Shown here: piece after piece, positions 7,997-17,527 of the stretch
Position numbering within the stretch: position 1 is the stretch's first letter
Layout of the letters: each line of letters begins with the position of its first letter
Source: Dehalococcoidia bacterium
GTDB lineage: Bacteria > Chloroflexota > Dehalococcoidia > Plut-88900
Reading direction: 5' to 3'
Assembly: GCA_965197585.1 (NCBI GenBank)
Contig: OZ240215.1
Location: forward strand, 1,920,001-1,984,000
Length of the DNA stretch: 64,000 nucleotides
The notes under the pieces: generated by a model
The model's input: the letters and a program-made list of their open reading frames with translations, nothing else
Told to the model about the DNA's origin: nothing
Databases searched by the model: none
Translations under genes and position numbers: made by a program

Positions 7997-9148
7997 CTAG
8001 TTGCCATTCTTGTCCTGGAACCTCGGCACGACCTCCGTGCCAAACAACTCGATACTCTCCATGTACTGCTCGAAACTGATGAACGGTATGCTCGGGAATA
8101 TCTGGAAGTGCTGGAAGTTTATCTCCCTGTTCAGCCTGTCCAGCTGCTCCGCAATATGGTCGGGCGTTCCCACCATTATTACGTTGTGCTTCCACAGGAA
8201 GTCGAACCAGTCGCAGTTCAGGTCGTCGTTGTGCAGCGTCTCGCTCGACCCCAACAGACCCTGCCGCACCCGACCCATGTGCGCCTCGATATTTCCGTAC
8301 AGGTCGTTAATTCCCGGCCTGGCAATGCTGATGGCTTCCTCCATCGTCTTGGCGCAGAACGACATGAACTGGATTGATGTCTTCTCTCCCAGCGGCAGAC
8401 CATTCCCCGCACTCTCCGTGCCCTTCTTGTATGCCTCGAACCCGTCCCTGATCCCTTCCAATGACCTCGCCGACCCCATCCCAAACAGCCCCCGAGCCCC
8501 GGCCACTTCCCATGACCGGTTGCTCGTCACCATCTGGGTGATTGGTGGATGTGGTTTCTGGTACGGCTTAGGCAGAACCGACACCTTAACCAACTCCCCG
8601 TCAGGCGAGTAGTGCGGAGGAGTAAGAGGAACACCGGGATCGGTCTCCATCCAGCCCGGTAGAGGGATCGTGTAGAAACGCCCCTTGTGGCTGAATGCCT
8701 CTTCAGTCCAAGCCTTGATGATTATGTCCAGAGATTCGGTGAACAGGGCGTAGTTCTTTTCGTTGTTCCGCCGGTCGGCCTCCGGGTTTAACTGCGCCCC
8801 CCACCGACTGTTGAATCCCCTCCCAATCCCGAACTCAGCTCTCCCCAGTGTCATATGGTCCAGGGTTGCTATGTCCTCGGCAACACGGATCGGATGCCAG
8901 TCGCAGATCGAGGTTGGGCTTTGTCCTACTTTCAGCGTCTTGGTGTGTAGGGCTATGTCCAGTCCCGTCATTATCGGGTTCGTGGCCGTCGAGAAGAAGC
9001 CGTCGTGCCAAAGGTGGTGCTCCGCCACCCACGCCGTCGTGAACCCCAGCGCCTCCAGAGCCCGGCCATACTCCCTGTACTCATCAACCTGGATGTGCCA
9101 GGGGATTACCTTTTTCGTATGCCAGAATATCGAGCTATCAAATCGCAT
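7997..9148 (-). CDS. Luciferase-like (LLM) flavin-dependent monooxygenase
   Basis: WVAEHH, HPIRVAEDIATLDH, GRAEFGIGRG, PKPYQKPHPP. Confidence 0.9.
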   Translation of the reverse strand: MRFDSSIFWHTKKVIPWHIQVDEYREYGRALEALGFTTAWVAEHHLWHDGFFSTATNPIMTGLDIALHTKTLKVGQSPTSICDWHPIRVAEDIATLDHMTLGRAEFGIGRGFNSRWGAQLNPEADRRNNEKNYALFTESLDIIIKAWTEEAFSHKGRFYTIPLPGWMETDPGVPLTPPHYSPDGELVKVSVLPKPYQKPHPPITQMVTSNRSWEVAGARGLFGMGSARSLEGIRDGFEAYKKGTESAGNGLPLGEKTSIQFMSFCAKTMEEAISIARPGINDLYGNIEAHMGRVRQGLLGSSETLHNDDLNCDWFDFLWKHNVIMVGTPDHIAEQLDRLNREINFQHFQIFPSIPFISFEQYMESIELFGTEVVPRFQDKNGN

Positions 9149-9217
9149 CTATGACCTCTCCTTTGAGTTTCTGGAAACGGATCGCCGTCCTCGGAGATCC
9201 CTGAAAGGCCTCTAATC

Positions 9218-10282
9218 CTACAGCGGTTCTACGAAGGTCAAAGCCCGCCTCGGATTATCAATAAGTATCCGCCGGATCTCCTCTTCCCCGAAGCCCTTGA
9301 GCCGCATCCTGGGAACCATGTATTCGAGGAAGTAGCAGTAACCTTGACCCCCGTTCTTAACCAGTTGCTTCTTCTGAGCTATGTCATGCGACACCAGTAG
9401 TTGGCCCCCGTGCCCCTCGCTTATCAGCCATGCCATTATATTTAGCCGCTGCGCGTCATTGAGGATGTCTATGTGAGGCGCAGCCGGGAAAAACGAGGTC
9501 TCCTCCCCAAAAAAGTCGTACTCGAGAAAGCACCCGGTCTCCGCCAGTTCCTTCAGCAGCTTCTTGTCGAATATCGTACGCTCCAGGTGCCCGACAATCA
9601 CCCGCCTGGGATCGGCCCCCGATTCCAGCAGGATTTCCATGATCTCCCCTGGGCTCGATTGGTCCCTGCCCGGGTGTATCAGGATTGGCGCTCCAGTCAG
9701 CCTATGCGCCCGAGCCGTGGCCCTTAGCACCTTCCGCTCGTTTGGGTGCAGCGGCCACGAACACCCCACCTCCCCTATTATCCCCGATCGTATACCCGTG
9801 TTCCCAACGCCCTTCAGCACATCCCCAGCTATTTGCTCGGTTAGCGACTCCTCACTCCTCTTATCCATGTCGGCCGGATGCGTCACGCCGACATAGAAGG
9901 AAGACCCCATGATCACGTGCACCCCCGTGGCCCGGGAGATGCGCGTCAATCCCACGGGGTCCCGTCCGATGCCTATGTTCGTTGCATCCACCAGCGCCGA
10001 GCCACCGAACTCCTTATACAACCCCACTTCAGCGATGATGGTCGGGATGTCATCCAGCTTGGAATTATCCTTGTTTACCCCCTGCCCGTGATGAATCCAT
10101 CCCAGGATCTCGATGCTGAATGGAGCTTCGTATTTCCCCCTCTGGCTCGCCTCCTCCGGAACTTCCGCCAACCCGTCGAACGACGATAGCAGGTGCTCGT
10201 GCGTCATCGTAACGCCCAGGTCCTCCGGCGCTATTGGCCCTAGTACCGTCTGCACCTTACCCCCCAGGCTCACACCGCTCAC
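9218..10282 (-). CDS. Phosphotriesterase-family (PTER/Php-like) metallohydrolase, tandem copy 3
   Basis: GKVQTVLG, THEH, GIIGEVGCSWP, IHPGR, GHLERT, SHD; GTG start overlaps the upstream stop. Confidence 0.92.
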   Translation of the reverse strand: MSGVSLGGKVQTVLGPIAPEDLGVTMTHEHLLSSFDGLAEVPEEASQRGKYEAPFSIEILGWIHHGQGVNKDNSKLDDIPTIIAEVGLYKEFGGSALVDATNIGIGRDPVGLTRISRATGVHVIMGSSFYVGVTHPADMDKRSEESLTEQIAGDVLKGVGNTGIRSGIIGEVGCSWPLHPNERKVLRATARAHRLTGAPILIHPGRDQSSPGEIMEILLESGADPRRVIVGHLERTIFDKKLLKELAETGCFLEYDFFGEETSFFPAAPHIDILNDAQRLNIMAWLISEGHGGQLLVSHDIAQKKQLVKNGGQGYCYFLEYMVPRMRLKGFGEEEIRRILIDNPRRALTFVEPL

Positions 10283-11343
10283 TGAGGCTCCACGAATGTC
10301 AGTGCCCGCCTGGGGTTGTCTACCAGAATCCGGCGAATGTCTTCTTCCTTGAAGCCCTTGATCTGCATCCTCGGCACCATGTATTCCAGGAAGTAGCAGT
10401 ACCCTTGGCCCCCATACTTCACCAAATGGGCCTTCTGAGCTATGTCATGCGACACCACTAGTTGGTCCCCGTACCCCTCGCTTATCAGCCACTCCATCAT
10501 GCTCAAACGCTGCGCGTCATTCATGATGTCTATGTGAGGTGCTGGCGGGTAATACGAGACCTCCTGCCCGAAGATATCGTACTCCAGAAAGCACCCCGTC
10601 TCAGCCAACTCCTTCAACACATTCTTGTCGAAGATAGTCCTGTCCAGGTGCCCGACGATCACCCGCTCGGGATCGGCGCCCGCCTCCATCAGAATCTCCA
10701 TGATCTCCGCTGGGCACGACTGATCCCTGCCGGGATGTATCAGGATAGGAGCCCCCGTCAGCCTTTGCGCCCGAGCCGTGGCCCGTAGCACCTTCCTTTC
10801 GTTAGGATGCAGAGGCCAAGTGCACCCCACCTCCCCCAATACCCCCGCCCGAATGCCCGTGTTCCCCACCCCCCTCAACACGTCCCCTGCTATCTGCTCA
10901 GTCAGCGACTCCTCGCTCCGTTCGCCCATGTCCGCCGGATGCCTTGATGCCACGTAAAACGACGCCCCCATGATGATATGCACACCCGTGGCCCGAGATA
11001 TGCGCGACAAACCCACCGGGTCCCGACCAATACCTAGGCTCGTAGCATCCACCAACGCCGAGCCGCCGAACTGCTCGTACAACCCCACTTCTTCAATGAT
11101 GGTAGGAATGTCGCCCAGCCTGGAATTGTCCTTGTTTACGCCTCGCCCATGGTGAATCCAGCCTAGAACCTCCAAATTGAACGGGGTTTCGTACTTTCCA
11201 TTCTGGCTTGCCCCCTCCGGCACCCCGAACACCCCATCAAACCACCCTAATACGTGCTCGTGCGTCATCGTAACGCCCAGGTCTTCCGGCTCTATTGGCC
11301 CAAGCACCGTCTGCACCTTCCCAGCCATGTTCACACCATTCAC
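10279..11343 (-). CDS. Phosphotriesterase-family (PTER/Php-like) metallohydrolase, tandem copy 2
   Basis: Same motifs; 4-bp GTGA overlaps at both ends. Confidence 0.92.
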   Translation of the reverse strand: MNGVNMAGKVQTVLGPIEPEDLGVTMTHEHVLGWFDGVFGVPEGASQNGKYETPFNLEVLGWIHHGRGVNKDNSRLGDIPTIIEEVGLYEQFGGSALVDATSLGIGRDPVGLSRISRATGVHIIMGASFYVASRHPADMGERSEESLTEQIAGDVLRGVGNTGIRAGVLGEVGCTWPLHPNERKVLRATARAQRLTGAPILIHPGRDQSCPAEIMEILMEAGADPERVIVGHLDRTIFDKNVLKELAETGCFLEYDIFGQEVSYYPPAPHIDIMNDAQRLSMMEWLISEGYGDQLVVSHDIAQKAHLVKYGGQGYCYFLEYMVPRMQIKGFKEEDIRRILVDNPRRALTFVEPQ

Positions 11344-12404
11344 TGAGGCTCCACGAATGTAAGCGCCCGCTTGGGATTGTCTACCAGGATCCGACGGATA
11401 TCCTCCTCCTCGAAGCCCTTGATCCGCATCCTCGGCACCATGTACTCCAGGAAATAGCAGTACCCGTGCCCTCCGTACTGCACAAGCCGGTTCTTCCGAG
11501 CGATGTCATGCGAGACAAGAAGCTGTCCCCCGTGCCCCTCGCTTATCAACCATGCAAGCATGTTCAGCCGTTGCGCATCGTTGGGCATGTCTATGTGGGG
11601 TGCCGCCGGATACAGAGAAGTCTCCTGACCGAACACGTCGTACTCCAGGAAACACCCCGTCTCGGCAAGGTCCTTCAGTAGCTTTTTGTCAAAAATGGTC
11701 CTGTCCAGATGCCCGACAATCACCCGCTTGGGGTCCGCCCCCGTCTCCAATAGGATCCCCATTATCTCCGCCGGGCTCGTCTGGTCCCGCCCCGGATGTA
11801 TCAGGATCGGCGCCCCCGTCAGCCTCTGCGCCCGAGCCGTGGCCCGTAGCACTTTCCGCTCAGTGGGTCGCAGGGGCCATGTGCACCCCACCTCCCCCAT
11901 TATCCCCGCCTTTATCCCCGTGCTCCCCACACCCCTCATCACATCCCCGGCTATCTGCTCGGTCAGTGATTCCTCGCTTCTCTCGTCCATGTCCGCAGGA
12001 TGCGTAACACCCACATAGAACGAAGAACCCATGATCACGTGTACTCCCGTGGCCCGTGATATGCGCGTCAACCCCACCGGGTCCCGACCCAGCCCTAGGC
12101 TCGTCGCATCCACCAGCGCCGAGCCCCCAAACTCCTTATATAGCCCCACTTCCTTAACGATGGTGGGGATGTGGTCCAGCTTGGAATTATCCTTGTTGAT
12201 TCCCCTTCCGTGGAGCAGCCAGCCGAGAATCTCTATGCTAAAGGGAGCTTCAAACTTCGCCTTGAGACTCGCCTCCGTCGGTTCCTTGTACACCCCCACC
12301 GTCGACACAAGCAGATGCTCATGCGTCATCGTTACACCCAGATCATCCGGGTCTATAGGCCCAAGAACCGTCTGCACTTTCCCTGCAAGGCTAACGCTGC
12401 TCAT
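11340..12404 (-). CDS. Phosphotriesterase-family (PTER/Php-like) metallohydrolase, tandem copy 1
   Basis: Same motifs; start placed at MSSVSLAGK by alignment with paralogs. Confidence 0.92.
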   Translation of the reverse strand: MSSVSLAGKVQTVLGPIDPDDLGVTMTHEHLLVSTVGVYKEPTEASLKAKFEAPFSIEILGWLLHGRGINKDNSKLDHIPTIVKEVGLYKEFGGSALVDATSLGLGRDPVGLTRISRATGVHVIMGSSFYVGVTHPADMDERSEESLTEQIAGDVMRGVGSTGIKAGIMGEVGCTWPLRPTERKVLRATARAQRLTGAPILIHPGRDQTSPAEIMGILLETGADPKRVIVGHLDRTIFDKKLLKDLAETGCFLEYDVFGQETSLYPAAPHIDMPNDAQRLNMLAWLISEGHGGQLLVSHDIARKNRLVQYGGHGYCYFLEYMVPRMRIKGFEEEDIRRILVDNPKRALTFVEPQ

Positions 12405-12489
12405 ATTCTGCCCTTCATGCTTTTTGTCATGCACCCTTGTATAAGACCTTCCGCACCTCTCTTGGAAGGGCTTGTGGAGGTGTCCTGTC

Positions 12490-12527
12490 CCCTCTCCCTT
12501 GATGGGAGAGGGCTAGGGTGAGGGTGA
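12490..12527. repeat. REP-like family B (ccctctccc...gggagagggctagggtgagggtga)
   Basis: Hairpin; copies at 33594-33631 and 32665-32702, interrupted copies at 29814-29894 and 33532-33574. Confidence 0.85.
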
Positions 12528-12580
12528 TATGGCTTCCCCCACCCGCAATTGCGCAGGAACCTCATTTTGCCCCCACCCCC

Positions 12581-13294
12581 CTAGTCCCTAATGTTGAAAC
12601 CCCGATACACCTCCGCATATTTCACGCCCCTCGGCTTTCCATTCTCACTCCGCCACATCCGCATGTACTTCTCGGCGTCCTCCGGCCTGACCTGGCTTCT
12701 GTGCTGTTTCAAAGCCTCGATAGCCGTTTCTATAGTGTCTGTCACGTCTATGACCGTGTTTGCATCTTCGCTCCGGTCCATAATCAGCAGTTGTGCAACC
12801 TTGTGAGGCTCGAAACCCTCGTCCAGAAGCCCGGGAAACGTGAGCCTATCCCGGGCCGCCGGGTAGACCGCCGACATCGTTGCTTCTCCCACAGCAATGT
12901 GGTCCGGGTGCCCGATATAGTCTCCGTGATCGAAGCTGCGGATCGGGCAGGGAGAGATGAGTATGTCCGGTTTGTGCCTTCTTATCTCTCTGGAAATGTC
13001 CTTGCGCAGCTCCAGTGATGGGGTCAGCATGGCATCTTCGTAGTCCAGGAAAATCACATCCCTCACGCCCAACACGTCGGCAGCATCGCGTTGCTCCTGC
13101 CTCCTCATCTCGGCCAGCTGCTGGTTGTCTATCTCCGGGACGTCCGTCCCTTTGTTCCCGTTGGTGCAAATAATGTACACGACGTCCATTCCATCTTTGC
13201 ACCACTTCGCCACCGTCCCCGAGCATCCCCACTCCGCATCGTCGGGATGTGCCACAATCACCATCCCCCGCTGAGGCTTGATATCGTCTTCCAT
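12581..13294 (-). CDS. PIG-L/LmbE (MshB-like) N-deacetylase
   Basis: VAHPDDAE, TNGNKG, R.QEQ..AA..LG, HPDH, H.SQ motifs. Confidence 0.92.
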   Translation of the reverse strand: MEDDIKPQRGMVIVAHPDDAEWGCSGTVAKWCKDGMDVVYIICTNGNKGTDVPEIDNQQLAEMRRQEQRDAADVLGVRDVIFLDYEDAMLTPSLELRKDISREIRRHKPDILISPCPIRSFDHGDYIGHPDHIAVGEATMSAVYPAARDRLTFPGLLDEGFEPHKVAQLLIMDRSEDANTVIDVTDTIETAIEALKQHRSQVRPEDAEKYMRMWRSENGKPRGVKYAEVYRGFNIRD

Positions 13295-13359
13295 GCTCCT
13301 CCTACCTTGTTATTCTTATCATCGAATTTTGTGCCGAATTGAGGGCCGAAACCCGGCCT

Positions 13360-14109
13360 TCAACTGTATCGTTCTACCAGTTCCCTTATCAACAGCGTCA
13401 GGCCGGAAATGATTATGACTGCAACCACCGCAAACCTCAACATCGATTCCTTCATTCTCCCAACCAACCGAGATGCAACCCAGAATCCGGCCAGGGTTGC
13501 GGGCAGAAGCATCAGATTTAGCAGCCATCTTTCCCTGGTGTATATACCGAATATTACGTAAAGGACAATTGCAAAGACTGCAACCGTAGAGTAGTAGACC
13601 GCTATCGTCACCCTGATCTTCCTCGCCCCCAAGCCCTGGTTGAACAAGTGCCAGGCCACAATCGGAATCCCGACACCCAACCCCGTCACCAGTGCTGCCC
13701 CACTGAACCCGAACGCCGCGTCCACTAACTTGGATTTAGGTATCGGAACCCTTCTCCGCGAAAGGCTCAGCGCTGCCAATACGACTATCACGACGCCAAT
13801 GAGTATCTTCAGTGACTCTGGAGCCAGGTTTTCCAGTACCAGGAGTCCTACAGGTACTCCAGCCAGTCCTGCTATTACTAGCGGCTTGGCCGATCCGACG
13901 TCTACCTCCCCCCTCCCCTTCACCCCGATCATCGCCAGCCCCACGAAGGATAGCGTGTTGACAGCCAGCACCACGGGTGGGGGATCTAAGACCAGCAGGA
14001 GCATCGGAGACAGCATCATCCCCATCCCAAACCCCACCAGTCCCGCCACGGCGGAGCTCAGAAACACCGCCCCCATCGCAAATGCCAGCTCGGGACCCGA
14101 GAGGAGCAT
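13360..14109 (-). CDS. Sulfite exporter TauE/SafE-family membrane protein
   Basis: About 250 aa, ~8 TM helices, N-terminal G..GFG.GM...P motif and internal G.G.P repeat. Confidence 0.8.
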   Translation of the reverse strand: MLLSGPELAFAMGAVFLSSAVAGLVGFGMGMMLSPMLLLVLDPPPVVLAVNTLSFVGLAMIGVKGRGEVDVGSAKPLVIAGLAGVPVGLLVLENLAPESLKILIGVVIVVLAALSLSRRRVPIPKSKLVDAAFGFSGAALVTGLGVGIPIVAWHLFNQGLGARKIRVTIAVYYSTVAVFAIVLYVIFGIYTRERWLLNLMLLPATLAGFWVASRLVGRMKESMLRFAVVAVIIISGLTLLIRELVERYS

Positions 14110-14187
14110 CAGCAGACCCGCCCTCTAGAGGAAAGGCCTCTGTTGCAGGTTTCCACTTTCACCTCTCTCAGGTAGAATCCAAGCACC

Positions 14188-15558
14188 ATGTCCACGGTCT
14201 TAGCCAATGCCACTATAGTCACCTCGAACCCCAACAGGGACATTCTGTACGATGCAGCCCTTGCTGTGGACGATGGGCGCATCGCCGCCCTCGGCCCGAC
14301 GCCTGACCTCCTGTCCCAGTTCCCCAACGCCGAGCTCGTTGACTGCCGAGGCAAGACCGTCTTCCCGGGTCTCATCAACGCTCACACCCACCTCATGCGC
14401 ACCGTGGGGCGCGGCATCCTCGAAGATACGGGTTACCCCAACACTCTGCAACATCCCCAGGATGTCCGTGAGATGCTTAGCCCCGACGAGACCCGCGTGA
14501 TGATCATGCTCGGCGCCTTGGAATCTATACGGAGCGGGAGCACCGGTCTCATCGAAATTAGCCGGAACACGGAGACATTTGCCCCCGCCTTGGAAACAAC
14601 GGGACTCCGGCTTGTACTGGCCGAAGTAATGGAAGACCTCGACCCTGAGCCCGCAAAACTTGGCATCTATGCGTACTCTGACGACCGCAGAGAAGCGAGC
14701 ATCCAAAGAGGCTCCGGCTTAGTCGAAAAGTGGAACGGATCCGCTGGAGGCCGCATAACCTGCTTCTTCGCTCCCGGTGCCCCCGAGTCCTGCTCTCCCC
14801 AACTCCTGCGTTCCGTCAGAGAAATGGCCGAAAGCTATGATATCGGCTACACCATCCACCTCTGCCAGAGCATGGTCGAGATGAATGCCATCCGCCGCAT
14901 CTACGGTGTCCGACCCACCCACTACCTCTTCGCCAACGAGTTTCTCGGCCCCCGACTCCTCACCGCCCACAATCGCTACGTCGATGATTCGGAAATAGCG
15001 ATGCTCGGCGGCGCGGGGGTGAGCATATCCAACAACCCAGCCATCGCCGCCCGACGAGCTACAGCCGCCCCCGTCCTGGAACTCGAAGCCGCCGGATGCA
15101 ACGTCGCAATGGGCTCCGACAACATGACCCACGATATGGTTGAGGTCCTGCGCTCCGGTGTCTTCTACGAAAGGGTGCGCCGCAACTCCCAGATGCATCC
15201 CATGCCCGAGGACGTCCTCGAGTGGGCCACTATGGGTTCCGCCCGTGCCCTTCGCCTCGACCAAAAGGTCGGCTCCCTTGAACCGGGCAAACAAGCCGAC
15301 CTCTTCATCATCAACTCTTCCCGCGCCCATCTAGTACCCAACCTCAGAATCGTATCCGCATTCGTGCACAACGGTCAGGCTGGCGACATAGAGTCCGTCA
15401 TGGTCGACGGCCAGTGGCTAATGCGAGACTGCAAGGTCCTCACCATCGACGAAGCCTCCGTAGTCGAAGCTGCCCAGGAAGTCGGCGCCCGAGCCTGGCA
15501 ACGCCTCCTAGAGCTCTACCCAAACGTCCCATTCCCCTTCACCCTCGCCCCAAACTAA
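14188..15558 (+). CDS. Amidohydrolase (MTA/SAH deaminase / AtzA-like family)
   Basis: FPGLINAHTH, IHLCQ, GSDN, GSLEPGKQAD, VMVDG. Confidence 0.9.
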   Translation: MSTVLANATIVTSNPNRDILYDAALAVDDGRIAALGPTPDLLSQFPNAELVDCRGKTVFPGLINAHTHLMRTVGRGILEDTGYPNTLQHPQDVREMLSPDETRVMIMLGALESIRSGSTGLIEISRNTETFAPALETTGLRLVLAEVMEDLDPEPAKLGIYAYSDDRREASIQRGSGLVEKWNGSAGGRITCFFAPGAPESCSPQLLRSVREMAESYDIGYTIHLCQSMVEMNAIRRIYGVRPTHYLFANEFLGPRLLTAHNRYVDDSEIAMLGGAGVSISNNPAIAARRATAAPVLELEAAGCNVAMGSDNMTHDMVEVLRSGVFYERVRRNSQMHPMPEDVLEWATMGSARALRLDQKVGSLEPGKQADLFIINSSRAHLVPNLRIVSAFVHNGQAGDIESVMVDGQWLMRDCKVLTIDEASVVEAAQEVGARAWQRLLELYPNVPFPFTLAPN

Positions 15559-15592
15559 ATCCCTGCATGACCTTCCCCCCTCGAGGGTGGCG

Positions 15593-15639
15593 CATTCCGC
15601 TCGCCCTGAGCAGAGTCGAAGGGTCTCAAGAGCGGAATG
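15593..15639. repeat. REP-like palindrome related to family A (cattccgctc...gagcggaatg)
   Basis: 10-bp stem; right half is repeated at 38257-38286. Confidence 0.7.
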
Positions 15640-15722
15640 GGCGGGGCGTCCCCCTCCCATATGATGAGTCGCAGATACGCCGAGGCGTGACATTTGCAGA
15701 ATCTGTGTTGGAGGGGCCGGGG

Positions 15723-15777
15723 CCGCTCGTGCTGAGCCCGCTGAAAGTCCGCCTGAGGAGGATCGAAGTATGAGCGG
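15723..15777. repeat. REP-like family A copy with a 22-nt insert (15741-15762)
   Basis: Matches 387-419 apart from the insert ctgaaagtccgcctgaggagga and one substitution. Confidence 0.8.
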
Positions 15778-15953
15778 GGGGAGGAAATGTGGTTGTCAGA
15801 GCGGCAGATTTTGGTGTACCCCAAACGACGAAAATATTTGGAGGAAAGTTGTACATTGTTCACCCTCGCCCCAACTCCGAACTAACCCCACCTTCTCGCG
15901 GACGCTATAATGGCCCTGCCGTGAGCCCTCTATCAGAATTCTAGGAGGCCAAT

Positions 15954-17483
15954 ATGCGTGTAAAGCCCCCATCCCTCGACGCCCTCTCCGAAATCGCAGA
16001 GTCCTATGGATTCGACCTTTCCGAAGAAGACTTGGAGTCCTTCCAGGGCCTCATCTCCCCAATAATGGCCTCCTACGAAAGGCTCGACCAGCTTCCTGAG
16101 CCTGCTCTGCCCGTCAAATACGCCAGAACTCCCGGACACCGCCCCTCCCCCGAGAACAACCCCCTCAACGCCTGGTACTGGCGCAGTGAGATCAAGGGTG
16201 CAGATTCCGGCCCACTGGAAGGCAAAACCGTAGCCATCAAGGACAATGTTTCCGTCGCAGGCGTTCCCATGATGAACGGCACCGCTGTGCTGGAAGGCTA
16301 CGTACCCAACTCCGACGCCACCGTCGTCACCCGCATCCTTGACGCCGGAGGCACCATCCTAGGTAAGGCCGTCTGCGAAAGCATGTGCATCTCCGGCGGC
16401 AGCCACACCTCCGACACGGGCCCTGTCCGAAATCCTTATGACCAGACCCGCAGCGCAGGGGGTTCCTCCAGCGGCAGTGCAGCCCTCGTCGGCGCGGGCG
16501 CAGTCGACATGGCCATTGGCGGTGATCAGGGTGGCTCCATCCGTATACCAGGATGCTGGTGTGGCATCTACGGCCTAAAGCCCACCCACGGCCTCGTCCC
16601 CTACACCGGAATCTTCCCCATTGAGATCACCCTCGACCACACCGGCCCCATGGCCCGTTCCGCCGCAGACTGCGCCCTCCTTCTGGAGGCCATCGCAGGC
16701 CCCGACGGCCTGGACCCGAGGCAGAACGCCAACCTTCAAGCGCAAGCCTATACCCAACTCCTCACTGGAGACGTCTCCAGCCTCCGTATCGGCGTCCTGG
16801 AGGAAGGATTCGGACTAGACGGCCTTTCGGAAGAAGATGTCGACGAAATGAATCGTCAGGCGGCGGTAGGCTTCGAAACCCTTGGCGCAAGCGTAACCAG
16901 CGTTTCAGTCCCTTGGCACAAGGACGGCGTCCACGTTTGGAACGGCATCGGAATCGAGGGGCTCACCCTGCTAATGATCGCCGACAATGGCATGGGCACC
17001 AACTGGAAGGGCCACTATTCCACCGGTCTCCTCGACGCATTCGCCCGAGGCCGCAGAACCCGCGCCAACGACTTCTCCGAGACTGTCAAAATGATCGTCC
17101 TCCTCGGCCAATACCTCCACGACGACTACCACGGCAGGTACTACGCCAAGGCACAGAACCTAGGCCGCAGCCTCAAGGCCGCCTACGACCGGGCTTTCCA
17201 AGACGTCGACCTCCTCCTGATGCCGACCCTCCCCCTCAAGGCGACCAAGATTCCCAGCCCCGACGCTTCCCGGGAAGACTACGTCGCCCGAGCCCTCGAA
17301 ATGATCCCCAACACCGCGCCCTTCGATGTCACGGGCCATCCCGCCATTACCGTGCCCTGCGGCATGTCGGAGGGCCTGCCCGTGGGCATGATGCTGGTCG
17401 GCCGCACCGGCGAGGATGCCACCGTCCTCCGCGCCGCCGACGCCTTCCAACGCAACGTCTACTCCCCCGATTACCCATCCTGA
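15954..17483 (+). CDS. Amidase-signature family amidase
   Basis: IKDN, GGSSSGS, GGDQGGSIRIP (Lys-Ser-Ser triad); RBS aggagg. Confidence 0.95.
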   Translation: MRVKPPSLDALSEIAESYGFDLSEEDLESFQGLISPIMASYERLDQLPEPALPVKYARTPGHRPSPENNPLNAWYWRSEIKGADSGPLEGKTVAIKDNVSVAGVPMMNGTAVLEGYVPNSDATVVTRILDAGGTILGKAVCESMCISGGSHTSDTGPVRNPYDQTRSAGGSSSGSAALVGAGAVDMAIGGDQGGSIRIPGCWCGIYGLKPTHGLVPYTGIFPIEITLDHTGPMARSAADCALLLEAIAGPDGLDPRQNANLQAQAYTQLLTGDVSSLRIGVLEEGFGLDGLSEEDVDEMNRQAAVGFETLGASVTSVSVPWHKDGVHVWNGIGIEGLTLLMIADNGMGTNWKGHYSTGLLDAFARGRRTRANDFSETVKMIVLLGQYLHDDYHGRYYAKAQNLGRSLKAAYDRAFQDVDLLLMPTLPLKATKIPSPDASREDYVARALEMIPNTAPFDVTGHPAITVPCGMSEGLPVGMMLVGRTGEDATVLRAADAFQRNVYSPDYPS

Positions 17484-17527
17484 CTACCGCTTCCTTTGTT
17501 CAAAGCCCAGTCCCGGCCAGGTGAATA

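Larger units (their letters stand above)
15538..15885. repeat. 16-bp direct repeat of the gene 3' end (15538-15553 and 15859-15874) flanking a 305-bp REP-rich insert
   Basis: ttcaccctcgccccaa occurs twice; the second copy continues to FTLAPTPN*. Confidence 0.7.

Noticed and set aside
15555-15863. Short ORFs in the REP-rich intergenic region (likewise 29910-30259)
   Set aside because: They are translations of palindromic repeats (PFDSAQGER, LREPQHER), not credible proteins
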